The notes below the pieces were generated by a model that did not search any database, was not told the DNA's origin, and saw only the letters and a program-made list of their open reading frames with translations. Position numbers and translations under genes: made by a program. A stretch of DNA of 64,000 nucleotides from Azolla caroliniana (taxonomy: Eukaryota; Plantae; Polypodiophyta): positions 207,382 through 271,381 of the forward strand of contig JBHGNT010000037.1 of the NCBI GenBank assembly GCA_043228905.1. The letters are read 5' to 3'. Position 1 is the first letter of the stretch. Each line of letters starts with the position of its first letter. Positions 25,001 to 39,600 of this stretch are shown here, one piece after another.

Positions 25001-28000
25001 CTAGCTATGATATAGAATTAAAAAATCGAGATTTTGAAACTCAGGTCGAGAGACATGAGGAAATTAGCATATTTGAGGAGGGAGTTGAGAAGATCCGGTG
25101 AGTAAATTAAAATGGTCATACCTGGCTCGTGTGATATCGGATTTCTGTGTTCAAACATGCAAATCGAAGCTAACAAGGCTAGCTATGATATAGAATTAAA
25201 AAATCGAGATTTTGAAACTCAGGTCGAGAGACATGAAGAATTTAGCATATTTGAGGAGGGAGTTGAGAAGAGCGTGTGTGTAAATTAAAATGGTCATACC
25301 TGGCTCGTGTGATATCGGATTTCTGTGTTCAAACATGCGAATCGAAACTAACAAGGCTAGCTATGATATAGACTTAAAAAATCGTGATTTCGAAACTGAC
25401 GTCGAAAGACATGAGGAAATTAGCATGCTGGAGGAGGGAGTTGAGAAGAGCGAGTGAGTAAATTAAAATGGTCATACCTGGCTCGTGTGATATCGGATTT
25501 TTGTGTTCAAACATGCGAATCGAAGCTAACAACGCTAGCTATGATATAGAATTAAAAAATCGTGATTTTAAAACTAAGGCCGAGAGACATGAGGAAATTA
25601 GCAAATTTGAGGAGGTAGTGGAGAAGAGTGCGTCAGTAAATTAAAATGGTCATACCTGGCTCGTGTGATATCGGATTTCTGTGTTCAAACATGCGAATCG
25701 AAACTAACAAGGCTAGCTATGATATAGACTAAAAAATCGTGATTTTGAAACTGACGTCGAAAGACATAAGGAAATTAGCATGCTGGAGGAGGGAGTTGAG
25801 AAGAGCGAGTGAGTAAATTAAAATGGTCATACCTGGCTCGTGTGATATCGGATTTCTGTGTTCAAACATGCAAATCGAAGCTAACAAGGCTAGCTATGAT
25901 ATAGAATTAAAAAATCGAGATTTTGAAACTGAGGTCGAGAGACATGAAGAAATTAGCATATTTGAGGAGGGAGTTGAGAAGAGCGTGTGTGTAAATTAAA
26001 ATGGTCATTCCTGGCTCGTGTGATATCGGATTTCTGTGTTCAAACATGCGAATCGAAGCTAACAATGCTAGCTATGATATAGACTTAAAAAATCGTGATT
26101 TCGAAACTGACGTCGAAAGACATGAGGAAATTAGCATGCTGGAGGAGGGAGTTGAGAAGAGCGAGTGAGTAAATTAAAATGGTCATACCTGGCTCGTGTG
26201 ATATCGGATTTCTGTGTTCAAACATGCGAATCGAAACTAACAAGGCTAGCTATGATATAAAATTAAAAAATCGTGATTTTGAAACTCAGGTCGAGAGACA
26301 TGAGGAAATTAGCATATTTGAGGAGGGAGTTGAGAAGAGCCAGTGAGTAAATTAAAATGGTCATACCTGGCTCGTGTGATATCGGATTTCTGTGTTCAAA
26401 CATGCGAATCGAAGTTAACAAGGCTAGCTATGATATAGAATTAAAAAATCGTGATTTTGAAACTGACGTCGAAAGACATGAGGAAATTAGCATGCTGGAG
26501 GAGGGAGTTGAGAAGAGCGAGTGAGTAAATTAAAATGGTCATACCTGGCTCGTGTGATATCGGATTTCTGTGTTCAAACATGCAAATCGAAGCTAACAAG
26601 GCTAGCTATGATATAGAATTAAAAAATCGAGATTTTGAAACTCAGGTCGAGAGACATGAAGAAATTAGCATATTTGAGGAGGGAGTTGAGAAGAGCGTGT
26701 GAGTAAATTAAAATGGTCATACCTGGCTCGTGTGATATCGGATTTCTGTGTTCAAACATGCGAATCGAAGCTAACAAGGCTAGCTATGATATAGAATTAA
26801 AAAATCGAGATTTTGAAACTGACGTCGAAAGACATGAGGAAATTAGCATATTTGAGGAGGGAGTTGAGAAGAGCGTGTGAGTAAATTAAAATGGTCATAC
26901 CTGGCTCGTGTGATATCGGATTTCTCTGTTCAAACATGCGAATCGAAGCTAACAAGGCTAGCTATGATATAGACTTAAAAAATCGTGATTTCGAAACTGA
27001 CGTCGAAAGACATGAGGAAATTAGCATGCTGGAGGAGGGAGTTGAGAAGAGCGAGTGAGTAAATTAAAATGGTCACACCTGGCTCGTGTGATATCGGATT
27101 TTTGTGTTCAAACATGCGAATCGAAGCTAACAAGGCTAGCTATGATATAGAATTAAAAAATCGAGATTTTAAAACTAAGGCCGAGAGACATGAGGAAATT
27201 AGCAAATTTGAGGAGGTAGTGGAGAAGAGTGCGTCAGTAAATTAAAATGGTCAAACCTGGCACGTGTGATATCGGATTTCTATGTTCAAACATGCGAATC
27301 GAAGCTAACAACGCTAGCTATGATATAGAATTAAAAAAACGAGATTTTGAAACTGACGTCGAAAGACATGAGGAAATTAGCATGCTGGAGGAGGGAGTTG
27401 AGAAGAGCGAGTGAGTAAATTAAAATGGTCATACCTGGCTCGTGTGATATCGGATTTCTGTGTTCAAACATGCGAATCGAAACTAACAAGGCTAGATATG
27501 ATATAGACTTAAAAAATCGTGATTTTGAAACTCAGGTCGAGAGACATGAGGAAATTAGCATATTTGAGGAGGGAGTTGAGAAGAGCCAGTGAGTAAATTA
27601 AAATGGTCACACCTGGCTCGTGTGATATCGGATTTCTGTGTTCAAACATGCAAATCGAAGCTAACAAGGCTAGCTATGATATAGAATTAAAATATCAAGA
27701 TTTTGAAACTGACGTCGAAAGACATGAGGAAATTAGGATGCTGGAGGAGGGAGTTGAGAAGAGCGAGTGAGTAAATTAAAATGGTCATACCTGGCTCGTG
27801 TGATATCGGATTTTTGTGTTCAAACATGCGAATCGAAGCTAACAAGGCTAGCTATGATATAGAATTAAAAAATCGAGATTTTAAAACTCAGGTCGAGAGA
27901 CATGAGGAAATTAACATATTTGAGGAGGGAGTTGAGAAGAGCCAGTGAGTAAATTAAAATGGTCACACCTGGCTCGTGTGATATCGGATTTCTGTGTTCA

Positions 28001-29020
28001 AACATGCAAATCGAAGCTAACAAGGCTAGCTATGATATAGAATTAAAATATCAAGATTTTGAAACTGACGTCGAAAGACATGAGGAAATTAGGATGCTGG
28101 AGGAGGGAGTTGAGAAGAGCGAGTGAGTAAATTAAAATGGTCATACCTGGCTCGTGTGATATCGGATTTTTGTGTTCAAACATGCGAATCGAAGCTAACA
28201 AGGCTAGCTATGATATAGAATTAAAAAATCGAGATTTTAAAACTAAGGCCGAGAGACATGAGGAAATTAGCAAATTTGAGGAGGTAGTGGAGAAGAGTGC
28301 GTCAGTAAATTAAAATGGTCAAACCTGGCACGTGTGATATCGGATTTCTATGTTCAAACATGCGAATCGAAGCTAACAACGCTAGCTATGATATAGAATT
28401 AAAAAATCGAGATTTTGAAACTGACGTCGAAAGACATGAGGAAATTAGCATGCTGGAGGAGGGAGTTGAGAAGAGCGAGTGAGTAAATTAAAATGGTCAT
28501 ACCTGGCTCGTGTGATATCGGATTTCTGTGTTCAAACATGCGAATCGAAGCTAACAACGCTACCTATGATATAGAATTAAAAAATCGAGATTTTAAAACT
28601 AAGGCCGAGAGACATAAGAAAATTAGCAAATTTGAGGAGGTAGTGGAGAAGAGTGCGTCAGTAAATTAAAATGGTCAAACTTGGCACGTGTGATATCGGA
28701 TTTCTATGTTCAAACATGCGAATCGAAGCTAACAACGCTAGCTATGATATAGAATTAAAAAATCGTGATTTCGAAACTGACGTCGAAAGACATGAGGAAA
28801 TTAGCATGCTGGAGGAGGGAGTTGAGAAGAGCGAGTGAGTAAATTAAAATGGTCATACCTGGCTCGTGTGATATCGGATTTTTGTGTTCAAACATGCGAA
28901 TCGAAGCTAACAACGCTAGCTATGATATAGAATTAAAAAATCGTGATTTGAAAACTAAGGCCGAGAGACATGAGGAAATTAGCAAATTTGAGGAGGTAGT
29001 GGAGAAGAGTGCGTCAGTAA
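19075..29020. repeat. Domain containing 10 copies of a divergent monomer subfamily ('type C')
   Basis: AAAACTAAGGCCG...GCAAATTTGAGGAGGTAGTGGAGAAGAGTGCGTCAGT, with AAGGCC at 19089, 20513, 20869, 22017, 22729, 25576, 27177, 28245, 28601, 28957. Not seen elsewhere in the window. Confidence 0.9.
21743..21822. repeat. Truncated 80-bp monomer (98-bp deletion, modulo 178)
   Basis: The junction GTTGCGAAGAGCG|CTTAAAAAATCG at 21813/21814 joins monomer position 100 to position 21. TCGTGATT recurs at 21743 and 21823. Confidence 0.95.
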
Positions 29021-29865
29021 ATTAAAATGGTCATACCTGGCTCGTGTGATATCGGATTTCTGTGTTCAAACATGCAAATCGAAACTAACAAGGCTAGCTA
29101 TGATATAGACTTAAAAAATCGTGATTTTGAAACTGACGTCGAAAGACATGAGGAAATTAGCATGCTGGAGGAGGGAGTTGAGAAGAGCGAGTGAGTAAAT
29201 TAAAATGGTCATACCTGGCTCGTGTGATATCGGATTTCTGTGTTCAAACATGCAAATCGAAGCTAACAAGGCTAGCTATGATATAGAATTAAAAAATCGA
29301 GATTTTGGAACTCAGGTCGAGAGACATGAAGAAATTAGCATATTTGAGGAGGGAGTTGAGAAGAGCGTGTGTGTAAATTAAAATGGTCATACCTGGCTCG
29401 TGTGATATCGGATTTCTGTGTTCAAACATGCGAATCGAAACTAACAAGGCTAGCTATGATATAGAATTAAAAAATCGAGATTTTGAAACTGACGTCGAAA
29501 GACATGAGGAAATTAGCATGTTGGAGGAGGGAGTTGAGAAGAGCGAGTGAGAAAATTAAAATGGTCATACCTGGCTCGTGTGATATCGGATTTCTGTGTT
29601 CAAACATGCGAATCGAAACTAACAAGGCTAGCTATGATATAGAATTAAAAAATCGTGATTTTGAAACTCAGGTCGAGAGACATGAGGAAATTAGCATATT
29701 TGAGGAGGGAGTTGAGAAGAGCCAGTGAGTAAATTAAAATGGTCATACCTGGCTCGTGTGATATCGGATTTCTGTGTTCAAACATGCAAATCGAAGCTAA
29801 CAAGGCTAGCTATGATATAGAATTAAAATATCAAGATTATGAAACTGACGTCGAAAGACATGAAG

Positions 29866-32800
29866 AAATTAGCATGTTGGAGGAGGGAGTTGAGAAGAGC
29901 GAGTGAGTAAATTAAAATGGTCATACCTGGCTCGTGTGATATCGGATTTCTGTGTTCAAACATGCGAATCGAAACTAAGAACGCTAGCTATGATATAGAA
30001 TTAAAAAATCGAGATTTTGAAACTCAGGTCGAGAGACATGAGGAAATTAGCATATTTGAGGAGGGAATTGAGAAGAGCCAGTGAGTAAATTAAAATGGTC
30101 ATACCTGGCTCGTGTGATATTGGATTTCTGTGTTCAAACATGCGAATCGAAGTTAACAAGGCTAGCTATGATATAGAATTAAAAAATCAAGATTTTGAAA
30201 CTGACGTCGAAAGACATGAGGAAATTAGCATGCTGGAGGAGGGAGTTGAGAAGAGCCAGTGAGTAAATTAAAATGGTCATACCTGGCTCGTGTGATATCG
30301 GATTTCTGTGTTCAAACATGCGAATCGAAACTAACAAGGCTAGCTATGATATAGAATTAAAAAATCGTGATTTTGAAACTCAGGTCGAGAGACATGAAGA
30401 AATTAGCATATTTGAGGAGGGAGTTGAGAAGAGCGTGTGAGTAAATTAAAATGGTCATACCTGGCTCGTGTGATATCGGATTTCTGTGTTCAAACATGCG
30501 AATCGAAGCTAACAACGCTAGCTATGATATAGAATTAAAAAATCAAGATTTTGAAACTGACGTCGAAAGACATGAGGAAATTAGCATGTTGGAGGAGGGA
30601 GTTGAGAAGAGCGAGCGAGTAAATTAAAATGGTCATACCTGGCTCGTGTGATATCGGATTTCTGTGTTCAAACATGCGAATCGAAACTAACAAGGCTAGC
30701 TATGATATAGAATTAAAAAATCATGATTTTGAAACTCAGGTCGAGAGACATGAGGAAATTAGCATATTTGAGGAGGGAGTTGAGAAGAGCCAGTGAGTAA
30801 ATTAAAATGGTCATACCTGGCTCGTGTGATATCGGATTTCTGTGTTCAAACATGCAAATCGAAGCTAACAAGGCTAGCTATGATATAGAATTAAAATATC
30901 AAGATTATGAAACTGACGTCGAAAGACATGAGGAAATTAGCATGCTGGAGGAGGGAGTTGAGAAGAGCGAGTGAGTAAATTAAAATGGTCATACCTGGCT
31001 CGTGTGATATCGGATTTTTGTGTTCAAACATGCGAATTGAAACTAACAAGGCTAGCTATGATATAGAATTAAAAAATCGTGATTTTGAAACTCAAGTCGA
31101 GAGACATGAGGAAATTAGCATATTTGAGGAGGGAGTTGAGAAGAGCCAGTGAGTAAATTAAAATGGTCATACCTGGCTCGTGTGATATCGGATTTCTGTG
31201 TTCAAACATGCAAATCGAAACTAACAAGGCTAGCTATGATATAGACTTAAAAAATCGTGATTTTGAAACTCAGGTCGAGAGACATGAGGAAATTAGCATG
31301 TTGGAGGAGGGAGTTGAGAAGAGCGAGTGAGTAAATTAAAATGGTCATACCTAGCTCGTGTGATATCGGATTTCTGTGTTCAAACATGCAAATCGAAGCT
31401 AACAAGGCTAGCTATGATATAGAATTAAAAAATCGAGATTTTGAAACTCAGGTCGAGAGACATGAGGAAATTAGCATATTTGAGGAGGGAGTTGAGAAGA
31501 GCAGGTGTGTAAATTAAAATGGTCATACCTGGCTCGTGTGATATCGGATTTCTGTGTTCAAACATGCGAATCGAAACTAACAAGGCTAGCTATGATATAG
31601 ACTTAAAAAATCGTGATTTTGAAACTCAGGTCGAGAGACATGAGGAAATTAGCATGTTGGAGGAGGGAGTTGAGAAGAGCGAGTGAGTAAATTAAAATGG
31701 TCATACCTGGCTCGTGTGATATCGGATTTCTGTGTTCAAACATGCGAATCGAAACTAAGAACGCTAGCTATGATATAGAATTAAAAAATCGAGATTTTGA
31801 AACTCAGGTCGAGAGACATGAGGAAATTAGCATATTTGAGGAGGGAATTGAGAAGAGCCAGTGAGTAAATTAAAATGGTCATACCTGGCTCGTGTGATAT
31901 TGGATTTCTGTGTTCAAACATGCGAATCGAAGTTAACAAGGCTAGCTATGATATAGAATTAAAAAATCAAGATTTTGAAACTGACGTCGAAAGACATGAG
32001 GAAATTAGCATGCTGGAGGAGGGAGTTGAGAAGACCCAGTGAGTAAATTAAAATGGTCATACCTGGCTCGTGTGATATCGGATTTCTGTGTTCAAACATG
32101 TTAATCGAAACTAACAAGGCTAGCTATGATATAGAATTAAAAAATCGTGATTTTGAAACTCAGGTCGAGAGACATGAAGAAATTAGCATATTTGAGGAGG
32201 GAGTTGAGAAGAGCGTGTGAGTAAATTAAAATGGTCATACCTGGCTCGTGTGATATCGGATTTCTGTGTTCAAACATGCGAATCGAAGCTAACAACGCTA
32301 GCTATGATATAGAATTAAAAAATCAAGATTTTGAAACTGACGTCGAAAGACATGAGGAAATTAGCATGTTGGAGGAGGGAGTTGAGAAGAGCGAGCGAGT
32401 AAATTAAAATGGTCATACCTGGCTCGTGTGATATCGGATTTCTGTGTTCAAACATGCGAATCGAAACTAACAAGGCTAGCTATGATATAGAATTAAAAAA
32501 TCGTGATTTTGAAACTCAGGTCGAGAGACATGAGGAAATTAGCATATTTGAGGAGGGAGTTGAGAAGAGCCAGTGAGTAAATTAAAATGGTCATACCTGG
32601 CTCGTGTGATATCGGATTTCTGTGTTCAAACATGCAAATCGAAGCTAACAAGGCTAGCTATGATATAGAATTAAAATATCAAGATTATGAAACTGACGTC
32701 GAAAGACATGAAGAAATTAGCATGCTGGAGGAGGGAGTTGAGAAGAGCGAGTGAGTAAATTAAAATGGTCATACCTGGCTCGTGTGATATCGGATTTTTG

Positions 32801-33355
32801 TGTTCAAACATGCGAATTGAAACTAACAAGGCTAGCTATGATATAGAATTAAAAAATCGTGATTTTGAAACTCAAGTCGAGAGACATGAGGAAATTAGCA
32901 TATTTGAGGAGGGAGTTGAGAAGAGCCAGTGAGTAAATTAAAATGGTCATACCTGGCTCGTGTGATATCGGATTTCTGTGTTCAAACATGCAAATCGAAA
33001 CTAACAAGGCTAGCTATGATATAGACTTAAAAAATCGTGATTTTGAAACTCAGGTCGAGAGACATGAGGAAATTAGCATGTTGGAGGAGGGAGTTGAGAA
33101 GAGCGAGTGAGTAAATTAAAATGGTCATACCTAGCTCGTGTGATATCGGATTTCTGTGTTCAACCATGCAAATCGAAGCTAACAAGGCTAGCTATGATAT
33201 AGAATTAAAAAATCGAGATTTTGAAACTCAGGTCCAGAGACATGAGGAAATTAGCATATTTGAGGAGGGAGTTGAGAAGAGCAGGTGTGTAAATTAAAAT
33301 GGTCATACCTGGCTCGTGTGATATCGGATTTCTGTGTTCAAACATGCGAATCGAA
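29866..33355. repeat. Tandem 10-monomer duplication
   Basis: GAGGGAATTG 30061/31841 and GCAGGTGTGT 31501/33281, offset 1780. Confidence 0.88.
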
Positions 33356-36300
33356 GCTAACAAGGCTAGGTATGATATAGAATTAAAAAATCGTGATTTT
33401 GAAACTCAGGTCGAGAGACAAGAAGAAATTAGCATATTTGAGGAGGGAGTTGAGAAGAGCGTGTGAGTGAATTAAAATGGTCATACCTGGCTCGTGTGAT
33501 ATCGGATTTCTGTGTTCAAACATGCAAATCGAAGCTAACAAGGATAGCTATGATATAAAATTAAAAAATCAAGTTTTTGAAACTGACGTCGAAAGACATG
33601 AGGAAATTAGCATGTTGGAGGAGGGAGTTGAGAAGAGCGAGTGAGTAAATTAAAATGGTCATACCTGGCTCGTGTGATATCGGATTTCTGTGTTCAAACA
33701 TGCGAATAGAAACTAACAAGGCTAGCTATGATATAGAATTAAAAAATCGTGATTTTGAAATTCAAGTCGAGAGACATGAGGAAATTAGCATATTTGAGGA
33801 GGGAGTTGAGAAGAGCCAGTGAGTAAATTAAAATGGTCATACCTGGCTCGTGTGATATCGGATTTCTGTGTTCAAACATGCAAATCGAAGCTAACAAGGC
33901 TAGCTATGATATAGAATTAAAAAATCGAGATTTTGAAACTCAGGTCCAGAGACATGAGGAAATTAGCATATTTGAGGAGGGAGTTGAGAAGAGCCAGTGA
34001 GTAAATTAAAATGGTCATACCTGGCTCGTGTGATATCGGATTTCTGTGTTCAAAAATGCAAATCGAAACTAACAAGGCTAGCTATGATATAGACTTAAAA
34101 AATCGTGATTTTGAAACTCAGGTCGAGAGACATGAGGAAATTAGCATGTTGGAGGAGGGAGTTGAGAAGAGCGAGTGAGTAAATTAAAATGGTCATACCT
34201 GGCTCGTGTGATATCGGATTTCTGTGTTCAAACATGCGAATCGAAACTAAGAACGCTAGCTATGATATAGAATTAAAAAATCGAGATTTTGAAACTCAGG
34301 TCGAGAGACATGAGGAAATTAGCATATTTGAGGAGGGAATTGAGAAGAGCCAGTGAGTAAATTAAAATGGTCATACCTGGCTCGTGTGATATTGGATTTC
34401 TGTGTTCAAACATGCGAATCGAAGTTAACAAGGCTAGCTATGATATAGAATTAAAAAATCAAGATTTTGAAACTGACGTCGAAAGACATGAGGAAATTAG
34501 CATGCTGGAGGAGGGAGTTGAGAAGACCCAGTGAGTAAATTAAAATGGTCATACCTGGCTCGTGTGATATCGGATTTCTGTGTTCAAACATGTTAATCGA
34601 AACTAACAAGGCTAGCTATGATATAGAATTAAAAAATCGTGATTTTGAAACTCAGGTCGAGAGACATGAAGAAATTAGCATATTTGAGGAGGGAGTTGAG
34701 AAGAGCGTGTGAGTAAATTAAAATGGTCATACCTGGCTCGTGTGATATCGGATTTCTGTGTTCAAACATGCGAATCGAAGCTAACAACGCTAGCTATGAT
34801 ATAGAATTAAAAAATCAAGATTTTGAAACTGACGTCGAAAGACATGAGGAAATTAGCATGTTGGAGGAGGGAGTTGAGAAGAGCGAGCGAGTAAATTAAA
34901 ATGGTCATACCTGGCTCGTGTGATATCGGATTTCTGTGTTCAAACATGCGAATCGAAACTAACAAGGCTAGCTATGATATAGAATTAAAAAATCGTGATT
35001 TTGAAACTCAGGTCGAGAGACATGAGGAAATTAGCATATTTGAGGAGGGAGTTGAGAAGAGCCAGTGAGTAAATTAAAATGGTCATACCTGGCTCGTGTG
35101 ATATCGGATTTCTGTGTTCAAACATGCAAATCGAAGCTAACAAGGCTAGCTATGATATAGAATTAAAATATCAAGATTATGAAACTGACGTCGAAAGACA
35201 TGAAGAAATTAGCATGCTGGAGGAGGGAGTTGAGAAGAGCGAGTGAGTAAATTAAAATGGTCATACCTGGCTCGTGTGATATCGGATTTTTGTGTTCAAA
35301 CATGCGAATTGAAACTAACAAGGCTAGCTATGATATAGAATTAAAAAATCGTGATTTTGAAACTCAAGTCGAGAGACATGAGGAAATTAGCATATTTGAG
35401 GAGGGAGTTGAGAAGAGCCAGTGAGTAAATTAAAATGGTCATACCTGGCTCGTGTGATATCGGATTTCTGTGTTCAAACATGCAAATCGAAACTAACAAG
35501 GCTAGCTATGATATAGACTTAAAAAATCGTGATTTTGAAACTCAGGTCGAGAGACATGAGGAAATTAGCATGTTGGAGGAGGGAGTTGAGAAGAGCGAGT
35601 GAGTAAATTAAAATGGTCATACCTAGCTCGTGTGATATCGGATTTCTGTGTTCAACCATGCAAATCGAAGCTAACAAGGCTAGCTATGATATAGAATTAA
35701 AAAATCGAGATTTTGAAACTCAGGTCCAGAGACATGAGGAAATTAGCATATTTGAGGAGGGAGTTGAGAAGAGCAGGTGTGTAAATTAAAATGGTCATAC
35801 CTGGCTCGTGTGATATCGGATTTCTGTGTTCAAACATGCGAATCGAAGCTAACAAGGCTAGGTATGATATAGAATTAAAAAATCGTGATTTTGAAACTCA
35901 GGTCGAGAGACAAGAAGAAATTAGCATATTTGAGGAGGGAGTTGAGAAGAGCGTGTGAGTGAATTAAAATGGTCATACCTGGCTCGTGTGATATCGGATT
36001 TCTGTGTTCAAACATGCAAATCGAAGCTAACAAGGATAGCTATGATATAAAATTAAAAAATCAAGTTTTTGAAACTGACGTCGAAAGACATGAGGAAATT
36101 AGCATGTTGGAGGAGGGAGTTGAGAAGAGCGAGTGAGTAAATTAAAATGGTCATACCTGGCTCGTGTGATATCGGATTTCTGTGTTCAAACATGCGAATA
36201 GAAACTAACAAGGCTAGCTATGATATAGAATTAAAAAATCGTGATTTTGAAATTCAAGTCGAGAGACATGAGGAAATTAGCATATTTGAGGAGGGAGTTG

Positions 36301-36691
36301 AGAAGAGCAAGTGAGTAAATTAAAATGGTCATACCTGGCTCGTGTGATATCGGATTTCTGTGTTCAAACATGCAAATCGAAGCTAACAAGGCTAGCTATG
36401 ATATAGAATTAAAAAATCGAGATTTTGAAACTCAGGTCCAGAGACATGAGGAAATTAGCATATTTGAGGAGGGAGTTGAGAAGAGCCAGTGAGTAAATTA
36501 AAATGGTCATACCTGGCTCGTGTGATATCGGATTTCTGTGTTCAAAAATGCAAATCGAAACTAACAAGGCTAGCTATGATATAGACTTAAAAAATCGTGA
36601 TTTTGAAACTCAGGTCGAGAGACATGAGGAAATTAGCATGTTGGAGGAGGGAGTTGAGAAGAGCGAGTGAGTAAATTAAAATGGTCATACC
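31569..36691. repeat. Tandem 14-monomer duplication
   Basis: GAGGGAATTG 31841/34333, CAACCATG 33161/35653, CAAAAATG 34051/36543, plus paired CATGTTAATC and GAAGACCC markers; offset 2492. Confidence 0.9.
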
Positions 36692-39600
36692 TAGCTCTTG
36701 TGATATCGGATTTCGGTGTTCAAATATGCGAATCGAAGCTAACAAGGCTAGCTATGATATAGAATTAAAAAATCGAGATTTTGAAACTCAGATCGAGAGA
36801 CATGCGGAAATTAGCATATTTGAGGAGGGAGTTTAGAAGAGCGAGTGAGTAAATTAAAATGGTCATACCTGGCTCGTGTGATATCGGATTTCTGTGTTCA
36901 AACATGCGAATCGAAGCTAACAAGGCTAGCTATGATATAGAATTAAAAAATCGTGATTCTGAAACTCAGGTCGAGAGACATGAGGAAATTAACATATTTG
37001 AGGAGGGAGTTGAGAAGAGCGAGTGAGTAAATTAAAATGGTCATACCTGGCTCGTGTGATATTGGATTTCTGTGTTCAAACATGCGCATCGAAGTTAACA
37101 AGGCTAGCTATGATATAGAATTAAAAACTCAAGATTTTGAAACTGACGTCGAAAGACATGAGGAAATTAGCATATTTGAAGAGGGAGTTGAGAAGAGCCA
37201 GTGAGTAAATTAAAATGGTCATACCTGGCTCGTGTGATATCGGATTTCTGTGTTCAAACATGCAAATCGAAGCTAACAAGGCTAGGTATGATATAGAATT
37301 AAAAAATCGAGATTTTGAAACTCAGGTCGAGAGACATGAAAAAATTAGCATATTTGAGGAGGGAGTTGAGAAGAGCGTGTGAGTAAATTAAAATGGTCAT
37401 ACCTGGCTCGTGTGATATCGGATTTCTGTGTTCAAACATGCGAATCGAAACTAACAAGGCTAGCTATGATATAGAATAAAAAAATCGAGATTTTGAAACT
37501 CAGGTCGAGAGACATGAAGAAATTAGCATATTTGAGGAGGGAGTTGAGAAGAGCGTGTGAGTGAATTAAAATGGTCATACCTGGCTCGTGTGATATCGGA
37601 TTTCTGTGTTCAAACATGCAAATCGAAGCTAACAAGGATAGCTATGATATAAAATTAAAAAATCAAGTTTTTGAAACTGACGTCGAAAGACATGAGGAAA
37701 TTAGCATGTTGGAGGAGGGAGTAGAGAAGAGCGAGTGAGTAAATTAAAATGGTCATACCTGGCTCGTGTGATATCGGATTTCTGTGTTCAAACATGCGAA
37801 TAGAAACTAACAAGGCTAGCTATGATATAGAATTAAAAAATCGTGATTTTGAAACTCAAGTCGAGAGACATGAGGAAATTAGCATATTTGAGGAGGGAGT
37901 TGAGAAGAGCCAGTGAGTAAATTAAAATGGTCATACCTGGCTCGTGTGATATCGGATTTCTGTGTTCAAACATGCAAATCGAAACTAACAAGGCTAGCTA
38001 TGATATAGACTTAAAAAATCGTGATTTTGAAACTCAGGTCGAGAGACATGAGGAAATTAGCATGTTGGAGGAGGGAGTTGAGAAGAGCGAGTGAGTAAAT
38101 TAAAATGGTCATACCTAGCTCGTGTGATATCGGATTTCTGTGTTCAAACATGCGAATCGAAGCTAACAACGCTAGGTATGATATAGAATTAAAAAATCGA
38201 GATTTTGAAACTCAGATCGAGAGACATGCGGAAATTAGCATATTTGAGGAGGGAGTTTAGAAGAGCGAGTGAGTAAATTAAAATGGTCATACCTGGCTCG
38301 TGTGATATCGGATTTCTGTGTTCAAACATGCGAATCGAAGCTAACAAGGCTAGCTATGATATAGAATTAAAAAATCGTGATTCTGAAACTCAGGTCGAGA
38401 GACATGAGGAAATTAACATATTTGAGGAGGGAGTTGAGAAGAGCGAGTGAGTAAATTAAAATGGTCATACCTGGCTCGTGTGATATTGGATTTCTGTGTT
38501 CAAACATGCGCATCGAAGTTAACAAGGCTAGCTATGATATAGAATTAAAAAATCAAGATTTTGAAACTGACGTCGAAAGACATGAGGAAATTAGCATATT
38601 TGAAGAGGGAGTTGAGAAGAGCCAGTGAGTAAATTAAAATGGTCATACCTGGCTCGTGTGATATCGGATTTCTGTGTTCAAACATGCAAATCGAAGCTAA
38701 CAAGGCTAGGTATGATATAGAATTAAAAAATCGAGATTTTGAAACTCAGGTCGAGAGACATGAAAAAATTAGCATATTTGAGGAGGGAGTTGAGAAGAGC
38801 GTGTGAGTAAATTAAAATGGTCATACCTGGCTCGTGTGATATCGGATTTCTGTGTTCAAACATGCGAATCAAAGCTAACAAGGATAGCTATGATATAAAA
38901 TTAAAAAATCAAGTTTTTGAAACTGACGTCGAAAGACATGAGGAAATTAGCATGTTGGAGGAGGGAGTTGAGAAGAGCGAGTGAGTAAATTAAAATGGTC
39001 ATACCTGGCTCGTGTGATATCGGATTTCTGTGTTCAAACATGCGAATAGAAACTAACAAGGCTAGCTATGATATAGAATTAAAAAATCATGATTTTGAAA
39101 TTCAAGTCGAGAGACATGAGGAAATTAGCATATTTGAGGAGGGAGTTGAGAAGAGCCAGTGAGTAAATTAAAATGGTCATACCTGGCTCGTGTGATATCG
39201 GATTTCTGTGTTCAAACATGCAAATCGAAGCTAACAAGGCTAGCTATGATATAGAATTAAAAAATCGAGATTTTGAAACTCAGGTCCAGAGACATGAGGA
39301 AATTAGCATATTTGAGGAGGGAGTTGAGAAGAGCAGGTGTGTAAATTAAAATGGTCATACCTGGCTCGTGTGATATCGGATTTCTGTGTTCAAACATGCG
39401 AATCGAAGCTAACAAGGCTAGGTATGATATAGAATTAAAAAATCGTGATTTTGAAACTCAGGTCGAGAGACAAGAAGAAATTAGCATATTTGAGGAGGGA
39501 GTTGAGAAGAGCGTGTGAGTGAATTAAAATGGTCATACCTGGCTCGTGTGATATCGGATTTCTGTGTTCAAACATGCAAATCGAAGCTAACAAGGATAGC

